Source: Malacoraja senta
Taxonomy: Eukaryota
DNA length: 64,000 nucleotides
Assembly: GCA_038087875.1 (NCBI GenBank)
Contig: JAXLNO010000051.1
Location: forward strand, 682,001-746,000
Direction: 5' to 3'
Shown here: positions 13,301 to 24,603 of the stretch, piece after piece
Numbering within the stretch: the stretch's first letter is position 1
How the letters are laid out: each line of letters starts with the position of its first letter
Translations under genes and position numbers: made by a program
Notes under the pieces: generated by a model
Told to the model about the DNA's origin: nothing
Database searches by the model: none
What the model saw: only the letters and a program-made list of their open reading frames with translations

Positions 13301-15364
13301 TGGCAAATGTCTCCATTTTAAAATGGTTATACTGTACAAAAGGGTTAAGACTTGTGATCGAATATAATTCTACAGCCACCATCCTTTTATGCTCTAGGAA
13401 AAATGCTTGACACAAATTGGTGCTGTTGGTGAACTGACTTTTCAATGACCCCTTTCCCACACAATATTTCAAGTTCCGCTTGAATGTCCATATTCTCTTC
13501 TTTTGAGAACATACGTGTCCGACTTGAAACATGTTGAGTAGGAGGATCCAAATATGGGTACAATTCAATTCTGAACCCCATAATACTGCACAGTATAAAC
13601 GCATTAGATGTTATTTTTTGCCATTCTTTTAGGAAGAATTGTAACCTACCCCCAATTTGCAAATGTGAAACACTTAATATGTTTTTTCCAGGACCAGACC
13701 CACCTACCTCAGGGTTTGCTGGTGTCAAATGTTGTCCACTGCTCTTTGTGCGAACACTGTAACCTCCACGGGTCCCAGGAGCAGTGCGCCAATAACGCGT
13801 ATATGGGAACGACCGACATGTTCTTTCACCGGCCCCAGTCACCGCCCTTCGGTAGGGAAATTGCCTTCGAACAGATCTGCCAAGCACCGGTGGTTTTATC
13901 ATTCCCACGGTTTTTGCTTCTTTATTCAGGTCTTTCAACCTTTTGGCTAGATTCTCCCCAAAAAGCAGATTAGTCAATTGAATATTAGTTGGTTTACAGA
14001 GCCCCGCAAACTTAGGATGTATGTTAGGCCTTATAGCACTTTTACGAATACAGTTTATTTCCAAGTGCGCATTATGCATGAGTGCTAAGGCACCCTGTTG
14101 TGACACAGACACGTGCTCCTCATCCAAGCCTCTGGCAAAAGCCGTAATACCTGACCCCAGCAACTTCAACACCCTCTGTAATTTCATTTCTTGTGCGCGT
14201 ACTGTAATGCCCAAATAGCCCCATATTAAATTATTTACTGCTGGGACTGCTAGCAGTGCGCAAATCTGCGGGGTTTCATATTTTTTGACAGTCTCGTCCA
14301 TAGTCAGTTCCTCCAGCTGATGGGAGAGCAAGTAATTTATTGTCATTGCTATATGCTCTGCCAAAAGTTCCCCTTTCAGTCTGGGAACGGAGAATTTTGG
14401 GGCCAGACCTAGTATTCTGGGTTCTGTTACTGTGCTTTGGCCCTCGTATGGTTTTATCATCCGAATCTTGCTACCCTGGAAATTCCTCCTTATAGTGGGG
14501 CTGATCTGATATCCCTGCTTCAGGTATTTCTAGCGGTGGCTCTCCCGTAGGCCTACGCATTGTAACCCCTTTTGCAGGTGCTCCCCTCGCGGGCTCTCCC
14601 GTAGACCCACGTATTGGCAACCCTTTTTAAGTGCTGCTGGCGCTGGCTCTCCTGTAGGCCAACGCATGAATTGTCTTTCCTCAGTCACTGCTGGTGCTGG
14701 CTCTCCTGTAGGCCAACCCATATATTGTCTTTCATGAGACATTACTGACGCTGGCTCTCCTGGAGGCCAACGCTGAACCCCACCTTTTCCAGGCACTCCC
14801 TGCGCTGGCTCTCCTGTAGGCCAAAGCCAGACTGTACTCTTCCTGGAGTGGGTCCTGATAAATCATTTTCCCCATGAGGAATTCCAGGTTAGCGACCCGA
14901 GTAGACATAATGACTTTCTGAGGTGGGGTAACCTCCGGGTCTGACTCTCCCGAGTCTACTGGCCGATCAGTCTTTCTTTTGACCTTGCACCCTAATGGTG
15001 CTGCCACGATACTTTTAGCTGCCGTTTCTGCAGTCGCTGACTTTTCTGCCACTGACGCTTTCATCGGGCGCCCGCTACTCTCAGACCCGCGGTCCTCTTG
15101 AGGTTTACCTGCGGTACGCCTCCCTTTGCCTTTTCGCACTTTCTCCATATTAGACTTGTCTGGCACACAGCACAAAGTCTCCCGGAAGAAAGCGACATAA
15201 AAGCAAAAGTGAAACCACTTACCTTCAGGCTTTTTGCACTCACCGTTTGGAGTAGCTCTTCTCCTCCACACACGGTCGCTGCCGCTATGCGTCTGACGAT
15301 ATCATGCGTGTGCGCCTGGACGGGGTCTTCTTCACGTAGTCATTCACGTGACTCCGAAGTAAAA
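10345..15364 (-). mobile_element. DIRS1-type tyrosine-recombinase retrotransposon, full length but frameshifted
   Basis: Gag-like ORF with WPTGEPAPA repeats (13387-15271), RT with KAYLDD (12849-13187), RNase H 'INYLELL...QIDNTTAVAY' (11963-12505), methyltransferase-like 'DAFSLHW..YAFPPF' (11700-12077) and YR 'SHSFRAAS...GW...FHKYY' (10823-11760). Inverted terminal repeats at 10410-10446 and 15306-15341. Internal complementary region at ~10557-10670. Confidence 0.95.
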
Positions 15365-15387
15365 TTACGGGATGCATAATATTAGCT

Positions 15388-15635
15388 AGATGGCTACATA
15401 TAGGGAGGGTGCCCAGAAATAGGGGGGGTTTAGGGAAGGGCACCTGTAAATTTTGATAAAGGGGAGGGCATGTATATGGGAGGGGGATTTAGGGGAGGGT
15501 ACCTTTAAACTGTGAATTAGCAGGGCATCTGTAAATGGTGAATTAGGGGAGGACACCTGTAAATGGTGCAGTAGGGAAGGTATCTGTAAATTTAGGGTAG
15601 ATTTAGGGGAGAGAACCTGTAAAGGAGCAATACAA
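15388..15635. repeat. ~28-bp minisatellite (TAGGGGAGGGCACCTGTAAATGGTGAAT-like), with a second copy at ~16188-16420 and a mirror copy at ~55870-56112
   Basis: Tandem units read directly from the sequence. Confidence 0.75.
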
Positions 15636-15814
15636 TATGAGCAACAACAACAACTGAAGCTTTGCAACAACTGGTGTGTTGTTACACCAATCCACGTAAC
15701 AATCTCATATAATTCTTTCCCCATTACCTTATTCTCACGTGCACCGAGGTACAGTGAAAAGCTTTAGTCACGAGCTAACCAGTTAGCAAAAAGACAAAAC
15801 ATGATCACAATTGA

Positions 15815-16515
15815 GCCAGCTAGATGGCTACATCCTGTATAACTTGGTAGCGAGCTAAATGGCTACATACTGGATAGCTAGGTAGATAGAAAAACTGAGC
15901 TACATACTGGATAGCTAGGTAACTAACTAGATTAAGCTACATACCTGGATAGCTAGATAGATAGCTAGACTGAGCTTCATACCTGGATACCTAGATAGAT
16001 AGCTAGACTGAGCAACATACTGGATAGCTAGGTAGCTAACTAGAGTGATCTACATACTGGATAGCTAGGTAGCTAACTAGATTGAGCTACATACTTGGAT
16101 AGCTAGATATATAGCTAGACTGAGCAACGTACTGGATAGCTAGGTAGCTAGCTAGACTGAGGCTACATACTGGAAAACTAGGTAGCAGGATGGCTACATA
16201 TAGGGGATGGTGCCTAGCAATAGGGGGGGTTAGGGAAGGGCATCTCTAAATGTGGATTTAGAATAGGGCGTAAATGGGAGGGGGGTTTAGGGGAGGGCAC
16301 CTTTAAATGGTGAATTAGGAGGGCATTGTAAATGGTGAATTAGAGGAGGGCACCTTTAAAAGGTGCAGTAGGGAAGGCATCTGTAAATTTAGGGTAGATT
16401 TAGGGGAGAGCACCTGCAATACAATCTGGACAGCTAGGTAGCTACCGAGGCTGAGCTACCGACTGGATAACTGGGTAGCTATGTGGCTACAGACTCGATA
16501 GCTAGCTACATACTG
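15815..16515 (+). repeat. TAGC-rich ~37-bp minisatellite (CTGGATAGCTAGGTAGCTAACTAGACTGAGCTACATA-like)
   Basis: Tandem units read directly. The same family occurs reversed at 27730-28670 and 55500-55685. Confidence 0.8.
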
Positions 16516-16539
16516 GTGTTTCAAAGTTACAAATAACTG

Positions 16540-16925
16540 AATTGGAAAAATAGCACCTCATATTTCGCTTGGGCGGCTTACACCCCAGCGGTATGAACTT
16601 TGTCTTCTCTAACCTCAAGTAACCCTTGCTTTCCCTCTCTCTGTTCCTCCCCCACTTTATTGTTCTGCTAGTTTCCATGTTTGTATCTCTTCCATGACAA
16701 GCAATAGACCATTGTGGGCTCCACCTTTCCTGGGCCATCGTTTCGGCCTGATTTGTTCTGTGCCTTCCCATACCTCTCGTTTCCCTTTCACCTGCGTCTC
16801 AGTCTGAAGAAGGGTCTCGAACCAAAACGTTACCTTTTCTCCAGATATGCTGCCAGCCCCGCTGGGCTACTCCAGCTTTTGTGTCTATCTTCGGTGTAAA
16901 CCAGCATCTGCCATTCCTTCCTCGG
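16540..16925 (+). mobile_element. Penelope-like 3' fragment / pseudo-LTR
   Basis: Encodes 'HLIFRLGGLHPSGMN', the C-terminus of the GIY-YIG domain also seen at 19518-19860. It is followed by CTGAAGAAGGGTCTCGAACCAAAACGT. Mirror copy at ~55105-55475 (-). Confidence 0.75.
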
Positions 16926-17029
16926 TGCTGATTCGGTGGGCGGAAGGGTCTGTTTCCGCACTGTATCTAGAAATTAAACTTAACCAATCAACATTTATTT
17001 TCATTATATAAATAAATGGCTTGGCATAA

Positions 17030-18070
17030 CTGTTTGTCTCTCTTGTGTGATCATCGCCGGTCACTCGAAACGAGTATGACTGTCCTCTCCATAGGGTCGT
17101 CCACTTGTGGGTCTGCAGACGTCTCTAAAGGCCGGTCCACGATACACACACCTTGGTGCAACTTCGGCAGTGGAGTGGCGGCAGTTGGTAGTTGTCGAGC
17201 CTCCTTCTCTCTCTCCTTATGCTGCTGTCGCTTTGTCTCTGCGACACATCTTGGTTCCATTTCGTGAGTGCAGCTCATTCCTGCACGGACTTCCTGTAGG
17301 AATGCATGTCTAGTGCAATGCACTCCCAGTTGCTTGATGTGATGTGGAATTTCTTCAGACTGTTCTTGGTGTTGTCCTTGAAGCTTTTCTTTGGCCCGCC
17401 GGGTGCTCGCCGACCTTCCTTCAGTTGAGAGTACAGGATTTGTTTATGGAGGCGTATGTTGAACATGGGGATGATATGGCCAGTCCATCGAATTTGGTGC
17501 TGCATTATTGTGGTGGTGATGCTGGTCATGTTGGCTTCCTCCAAAATGTTGATGTTGGTGCGTTTGTCCTCCCAGCTGATCCTCAGAATTTTTCGTAAGG
17601 ATCTTCGATGATATTGTTCCAGAACTCTCAGGTGCCTGCTGTAGGTGATCCATTACGCAACTCCATACAACAGGGTGTTAGAGGACAACGGCTCTGTAGA
17701 CCAGCAGTTTTGTTTGAACCTTTATGTCTCGGTCTTCAAAGACTCTTCTCCTGAGTCTGGCGCAGGCTCCGTTGGCACAACTCAGGCGATGGTTGACCTC
17801 AGAGTCGATGTCAGCTTTTGAAGAAAGAATGCTGCCAAGGTTGGGGAAGTGGTCAATGTTTTCAAGAGTGGTGTCGTCGATATTTAGATGGCTGGTTGGG
17901 TGGAGGTTGATGTGCGACCTGGGTCTAGGCCCATTGCTCTGTATGCCTTGGCAAAGGCATTCAGGATGCCCTGGAGGTCTTCTGCAGAGTGTGCTGCAAT
18001 GGAGCAGTCGTCCCTGCGCAGAAGCTCCATGATGGCAGTGTTACTGACTTTGCTCTTGGCCTTCAACCTA
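17030..18070 (-). mobile_element. RTE-clade LINE, 5'-truncated and degenerate
   Basis: 'IMELLRRDDCSIAAHSAEDLQGILNAFAKAY' and 'QIRWTGHI...KQILYSQLKEGRRAPGGPKKSFKD' are RTE-type RT and C-terminal motifs. A shorter mirror copy lies at ~54633-54975 (+). Confidence 0.8.
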
Positions 18071-18277
18071 TTAATAGTGATAATGTGCGGGGATCGTTGG
18101 TCAGTGCGGAATCGGTGGGCCTGTTTCCGCGCTGTATCTCTAAACTAAACTAAATTATTAACAGTGTTGGATGCAACTGCAGATGCCGGTTTAAACCGAA
18201 GATTGACACGAAATGCTGGAGTAACTCAACGGGAGAGGCAGCATCTCTGGCGAGAAGGAATGGGGGACGTTTCAGGT

Positions 18278-18868
18278 CATGAAAAGCCACGAAAAGTCAC
18301 AAAAATTCTAAACGTAAAAGGCAACGGCATTTCAAAACTTGAAAAGCCACAAAATTCAAGACGTGAAAAGCCACGAAAATTCATGAAGTGAAAAGCCACG
18401 AAAAATAAAGACATGAAAAGCCACGACAATTCAAGACATGAAAAGACACAAAAATTCAAGACATGAAAAGACAAGAAAATTCAAGACATGAAAAGCCACG
18501 AAAATTCAAGACATGAAAAGACACTAATATTCAAGACATGAATATCCACGAAAATTCAAGACGTGAAATCCCCACACAAAAATTCAAGACTTGAAAAGCC
18601 ACGAAATTTCAAGACATGAAACGCAATGACAATTCAAGATGTGAAAAGCCACGAAAAATCAAGACATGAAAAGCCACGAAAATTCAATACATGAAAAGCC
18701 ACGAAAATTCAAGGCGCGAAAAGCCACGAAAATTCAAGGCATGAAAAGCCATGAAAATTGAAGACAGGAAAAGCCACGAAAATTCGACATGAAAAGCCAC
18801 GAAAATTCAAGACGTTAAAACCACGAAAATTCAAGACGTAAAAAGCCATGAAAATTCAAGACTTCAAG
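18278..18868 (+). repeat. 25-bp minisatellite variant (GAAAAGCCACGAAAATTCAAGACAT), related to the main satellite
   Basis: Unit read directly. Mirror array at ~53875-54600. Confidence 0.9.
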
Positions 18869-19339
18869 CTGGTGTGACTTTGGTGGGGAAGGGATGGAGA
18901 GAGAGCGAGCGCAGGTGTAGTTGAAGTTAAAGAAAGCAATATTCATTCTTGACATAGAAGGAATGGGTGACGTTGCAGGTCAAGACCCTTATTCATTGAT
19001 AGCATTGATGTGCAGTGGGATCTTAGGGTCCAGGTTGTGATCTCACTGAAGGAGGCAGTATGAGTAGATAGGGTGCGTGGCATTTAAAGCGAGCCGGGTT
19101 CAGCAGTGATCACTCCGACATTCACAATATCACGGTGAACTCAGGTCTTTTATTCTATTTACATCGGCAAAAATGTCCAGGATTCGCTGTCCCTCCATCA
19201 GAGCGCATGTGTGAAGATGCTAGCGATCTGTGGCTGAGTGAATTTGCTGATGACACCAAGATTGGAGGAGTTGCAGACAGTGAGGAAGATATGGCGGGAT
19301 GAAGATCAAATGCAGAAATTGGCGAAGAAATGGCAGGTA

Positions 19340-19862
19340 GATAAAAATGTTGGAGAAACTCAGCAAGTGCGGCGGCATCTGTGGAGTGAAGGAAATAGGC
19401 AACGTTTCGGGCCGAAACCATTCTTCAGACTGATGTAGGGTGGGGGAAGGAAGAAGAAAGGAAAAGGAGGAGTCAGAGGGCTGAGGGAGAGCTGAGAAGG
19501 GGAGGAGACAGTAAGGGCTACCTGAAATTGGAGAACTCAATGTTCATGCCGCTGGGGTACAAACTGCCCAAGCAAAATATGAGGTGCTGTTCCAATTTCT
19601 GGTGGTCCTCACTCTGGCCATGGAGGTGGTCCAGGACAGAAAGGTCGGATTCGGAATGGGTGCGGGGAGTTGAAGCGCTGAGCCACCGAGAGATCAGGTT
19701 GGTTATTGCGGACCGAGCGGAGGTGTTTGGCGAAGCGATCGCCCAGCCTACGCTTGGTCTCACCGATGTAGATCAGCTGACATCTAGAGCAGCGGATGGA
19801 ATAGATGAGGTTGGAGGAGGTGCAGGTGAACCTCTGTCGCACCTGGAACGACTGCTTGGACA
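19340..19862 (-). mobile_element. Penelope-like element 3' end: GIY-YIG endonuclease remnant plus pseudo-LTR
   Basis: 'FTCTSSNLIYSIRCSRCQLIYIGETKRRLGDRFAKH...EQHLIFCLGSLYPSGMN', split over two frames in this copy. Confidence 0.9.
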
Positions 19863-19929
19863 GAGTTTAAACCGAGCAAGTGTGAGGTGTTGCACTATGG
19901 GAGGTTGAAGGCACAAGGAAAGTGTGTAG

Positions 19930-20156
19930 TTTTTCAGTTTAGTTTAGAGATACAGCATGGAAACTATTCTACGCACACTGGGGACAATTTACATTTATAC
20001 GAAGCCAATTAACCTGCAAACTGTACCTCTTTGGTGTGGGAGGAAACAGAAGATCTCAGGGAAAACACACACAGGTCACGAGAAGAATGCACAATCTCCG
20101 TACAGACAAGCACCCATATTCGGGATCGAACCTGGGTCTCAGGCGCTGTAAGGCAA
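19930..20156 (-). mobile_element. tRNA-derived V-SINE (HE1-like)
   Basis: Minus strand has a B-box GGTTCGATCC, a V-domain-like core (..GTTTCCTCCCACACCAAAGA..GGTTAATTGGC) and a CTGTATCTCTAAACTAAACT tail. Mirror copy at ~52590-52812 (+). Confidence 0.75.
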
Positions 20157-20366
20157 GATGCGGGTGATCTCGGGCTTGTCTCAACAACTTAGTCCTGTGA
20201 TCTTCGAAGGAGGAGTTGTGGTAAACACAGGCTTCTTTCGGCAGTTCATATTTGCATTAAGCAGTGCTGACAGTGCAGATTTCTCCCTGGCGGTTCAACT
20301 TTGAGCTTGAAGAAGTTATGACAGCAGAATATCCTGGCAGCCAGTCTTTGCCAGTGTGTGTGTGCG

Positions 20367-21201
20367 TGTCTTTGAACTTGTCAGCATCCTGGAAAACCAA
20401 ACATTGTACCTGATACACTCTGGTGCATAACGTGTAATCATCAGATATTAATTCCAAAACAGATTTTAAAATATCAATTGTTCAGTTAATACAAGACATT
20501 TCCAGGATAAAGTGTCAACAACTTAAAATAAAGGGTAACTTCTTCTGGATAGAAATTAGATATTTCTTCACTCAGAATATATGTCAAGGGTTGAAAAAAA
20601 CTGCTGTCAATTACATTCGAGAAAGATCAACATATAATTGATTCTAAGAATTAATAAACCATATCACAGTAAGAGAGGGAACGGCATTTAAAGTGCAGGT
20701 CGGGCATAATCTGCCCGAATGGTCCAGACCCAAAATGTTGCCTGTCATTATTCAAGATTTCAGCTTCCAGCCAACAGGCATCATTTTCTACATTTGTGGC
20801 AATGAAGACAGTGACTATCATGGGCTGCCCCCACACTGAAGTCAGGAGCAGGAAAACAGCACCCAGTGGCTGCTGCAAAACCACGCATGGAAAAAAATAA
20901 TACGTTGTTGAACATAATCAGCAAGACAGGCAGCATCTGTGGAGGGAGAAACTGGGTGAATGTTTCAGGTTAATATTCTTTCCCCAAAGCTGGGAAAAGT
21001 TGTCAGATGGAGACAGCCAACAAGAAGGATGAGGGAGATGGACTGAATGGCCTCCCAGATCAATATTACTGTCAGTGATCCACTCCAGAGCCCACTCCTC
21101 ACTGACACCGGTTCCTGGGGGTTGTGATGGTCTGAGGAGGAGATGAAGGAGCAGCAGCATCTTCCCGGTTCCCAGGCCCCGGAGAGGACCAGCTATTTAT
21201 A
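20367..21201 (-). pseudogene. PRDM9: Truncated inverted duplicate of the PRDM9 5' region, ending 7 codons into the KRAB exon (DADKFKD)
   Basis: The reverse complement aligns by eye to 21750-22380, including the acceptor TTTTCCAG|GATGCTGA of the KRAB exon. Confidence 0.75.
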
Positions 21202-21420
21202 GCCCCTGCTCCACCCCTCTCCCTCCCCCCCGGGCCATTGGCGGCGCACCTAAGGGGCGGGGCCGAGTGCGGAGAGCGGCGCAGGCGCACTGCCCGAGAG
21301 AGCCAGTGGAGGGGGGAGGGGTGGAGGGGGGAGGGGAAGGGGGAGGGGGAGGGGCGGGGCGCACAGGCGCTGACGTTGACGTTGACTCAAGCCCCGCCAA
21401 GGGCCGGGTCTATAAATAGG
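21190..21420. promoter_or_regulatory. Bidirectional CpG-rich Pol II promoter
   Basis: Divergent TATAAATA at 21194-21201 (-) and 21411-21418 (+). CCAAT at 21237-21241 (-). GC boxes at ~21254 and ~21351. NRF1-like GCGCAGGCGCA at 21279. TGACGT twice plus TGACTCA at 21371-21389. Confidence 0.7.
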
Positions 21421-22614
21421 GGGAGCGAGGACGAGGCTAACTGCGGTTGGTTATTTTAGGCGGGCGTGAGGCTGGTTTCAGTGACGTGGACTCTAGTCGA
21501 GGCGAGTCGACGTCTGGTCGTGAGGAGCAGTTTGGTCGTGAGGTGTCGTCGAGTTGACGCTTCTGTGATCGAGGGGTTTAGTCGGGGTGTAGGTGAGGAG
21601 AAGTGGGTGTGTGAACTCAGGAAGGGAGACCGAGGGAAGGGCTGCTGAAGGAGACAGTGGAGACCATGTCTGGGACACAGGCAGGTGGGGCTCAGAGGTG
21701 AGAGTCCAGGGAGCTTTGACATTGAGAGCGAGCGGGCAGCAGATGTCGCATAAATGTCCTCTCCCTCCGGGGCCTGGGAACGGGGAAGATGCTGCTGCTC
21801 CTTCTCAGACCATCACAGCCCCAGAGATTGGTGTCAGTGAAGAGTGGATGAGTTAGTTCCCTGGGCTCTGGAGTGAATCACTGACATTAATATTGATCTG
21901 GGACTGAGGCCATTCAGACCATCTCCCTCATCCTTCTAGTTTGTCTCCATCTGATAACTTTCCCCAGCTGCGAGGAAAGAATATTAACCTGAAACATTCA
22001 CTCATTTTCTACCTCCACAGCTGCTGCCTGGCCTGCTGAATATTTTGACAATTTATTCATTTTTACAATAGTGGTTTTGCAGCAGTTTACTTCTTGGAAT
22101 CGATAATGTTTTGATCTTGCTGGAATGCAATTAAAAGCTGATTTATTTCAACCCGAGAAAAAACCCACTATATTCTGAGTGAAGAAATAACTCATTTCTA
22201 TCCTGACGAAGTTACCCTTTAATTTTAATTGAGATTTTTTAATCCTGGAATTGCCCTGTATTAAATAAAAAGGATATTTTTAAATCTGTTTTTGAATTAA
22301 TATCTGGTGATTGCAGATTATGCACCAAAGTGTATCAGGTGCAATTTTGATTTTCCAGGATGCTGATCATTTCGACGACATTGCTGGCTATTTTCCCAAT
22401 GAAGAGTTTGAAGAAATAATTGACTCGGAGAAGCGCCGTTATAGGAACATCAAGCTGAATTATGAAGCCATGCTTGCCATTGGTTTGTACAACATATTAT
22501 ATACCTTTTTGCCATTTTCTCATGATGCATGCTGACATAAGTTGTTTTCCTCACATGAAAATTAAATTAATATGTGCTTTCTGAGACCAGGTCCTTGGTT
22601 AGATCCTTCCATTT

Positions 22615-22900
22615 CAAGTTCAAGTTGCATTTATTGTCACATACACCAATGAGTGCAGTGAAATCTGAGTTACCATACAGCCACACAAATAAAATGAAAT
22701 GAACACAACACTATAGAATTTACATGAAGTGTCTGGGAACCGGTTTCCCCTATTTCCTCCCCCCCCCCCACACCCCCCACGTAAAGAAAAGACTAAAAGG
22801 CCCCCCAAAAAGAAACTTTGTGACAGACTAAAAGTGAAAGAAAGGGTGAAAGGATGGACAACTACTGGGGAGACTGACACACTCGATGGCATCAATACTC
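22615..22900 (-). mobile_element. Short non-autonomous retroposon in a PRDM9 intron
   Basis: Minus-strand tail GTGACAATAAATGCAACTTGAACTTG resembles the Rex1-type tail at 50655-50700. Mirror copy at ~48410-48697. Confidence 0.45.
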
Positions 22901-23847
22901 GGTCACTCCATGGGTTTACTTTGACAATATATATGAGGATATTGAACATTCCTGTTCTTTGATAACATAACTTCTATTGGCTTCATCTTGAACACTCACA
23001 GCCATGAATCGCTGGTGATCTCGTTCTCTGAAATCAATTCATTGAAATGCACTGTTATTTATCTCCATAATGCACTTGAGATTTTGTGGTAAGACTTCTA
23101 TATCCCAAACCTGTGGCCTCTACACCATAAAGGTTGAGTGCAATGGGTGCATGAAAGCACAACATTCCCCACGTTTTGCTCCATGTCACACAAGGGGCAA
23201 TATAGAAAGAACAGGAAATGCCCGCTCTGCCTGTGATGCCCTCGTTCTTTAGGTCAATGAACCAATGTCTGAAAGATAATGTTTAGAATTAAATGTTGCT
23301 GTATCTGATCTTGCCCTCATTTTTATGTGCACACACACTGGTCATTGGAAAATTGGAAAGCTCCCAAGACATAAACTCCTGCCTGAGATATTAATGCGTT
23401 GTGAAGTCAAGGTGTGCCAACCCGTAAGATTTGTATTGTCACTTTTGATGAAATGAGAACACCCAGCACACTTGTGATTAGTCCCAGATTATTGGCAACA
23501 GGATATGTACAGTTTTGCTTCTAATTACTATTTCCTCCTGGTGAGGTTCCTTACCAATATTCAAAAATTCCCATCCGTGATCTCAAACTGGTCTAACTTT
23601 ACAACCAATACCAAAGCTTGATGTCATTCAGAAGATGGGGACCATGGATAGCACAAACCCATAGACATTGGGGCCCAGTTATGCTTTTTAAAGTTACAAC
23701 TAGTCACAGTCCTGAAATCGGAAATTGGACAAAGGTCAATGTTCCCATTGATGAAGAGGAGGATTGCCCTGATTTTTCATTATTCAATCCATTTACCCAA
23801 CCATGGCACAAAGTGTCACTGTCAGTACAGGCAGCAATAATGAGCCA

Positions 23848-24603
23848 TTATTATCTAAATTGTGTCAATTTGGGAAAAGGATAAGTACAACGGGATCTGG
23901 GGGTCCTTGTTCATCATTCAATGAAAGTAAGCATTCTGGTACAGCAGGCGGGGGAAGAAAGCGAACGATATTGACCGTCATAGCAAGAGGAGGAGTATAG
24001 AACCAAAGAGATCCTTCTGCAGCTGTACAGAGCCCTAGTGAGACCACACCTGGAGCATTGTTTGCAGTTTTGGTCTCCAGGTTTGAGGAAGGACATTCTT
24101 GCTATTGAGTGAGTGCAGTGTAGGTTCACAAGGTTAATTCCTGGGATGGCGGGACCGTCATATGCTGAGAGGATGGAGCGGCTGGCATTGTATACACTGG
24201 AATTTAGAAGGATGAGAGGGAATCTTATTGAAACATAAGATTATTAAAGGTTTGGACACGCTAGAGGCAGGAACCCTATTCCCGATGTTGGGGGAGTCCT
24301 GAACCAGGGGCCACAGTTTAAGAATAAGGGGTAATCCATTTAGAACGGAGATGAGGAAACACTTTTTCATACAGAGATTATGAGTGTGGAATTCTCTGCC
24401 TCAGAGGGCAGTGGAAGCCGCTTCTCTGGAAACCTTTAAGAAAACGCTAGATAGGGCTATTGAAGATAGCGGAATCAGGGGATATGGGGCGGGCAGGAAC
24501 GGGGGGTACTGATTGTGGATGATCAGTCAAGATCATATTGAATGGCGGTGCAGGCTTGAAGGGCCGTATGGCCTACTCCTGCACCTATTGTCTATTGTCT
24601 ATT
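23848..24603 (+). mobile_element. CR1 LINE 3' fragment in a PRDM9 intron
   Basis: Degenerate RT C-terminus (QRDLGVLVHHSMKVS..LVRPHLE) and a GGCCTACTCCTGCACC(TATTGTC)n tail. Mirror copy at 46703-47460 (-). Confidence 0.9.

Noticed and set aside
21436..21450. MYB-like sites (TAACTG, CGGTTG) suggesting an A-MYB pachytene piRNA promoter
   Set aside because: They are not conserved in the mirror promoter, and the nearby TEs are not consistently antisense to the outward transcript.
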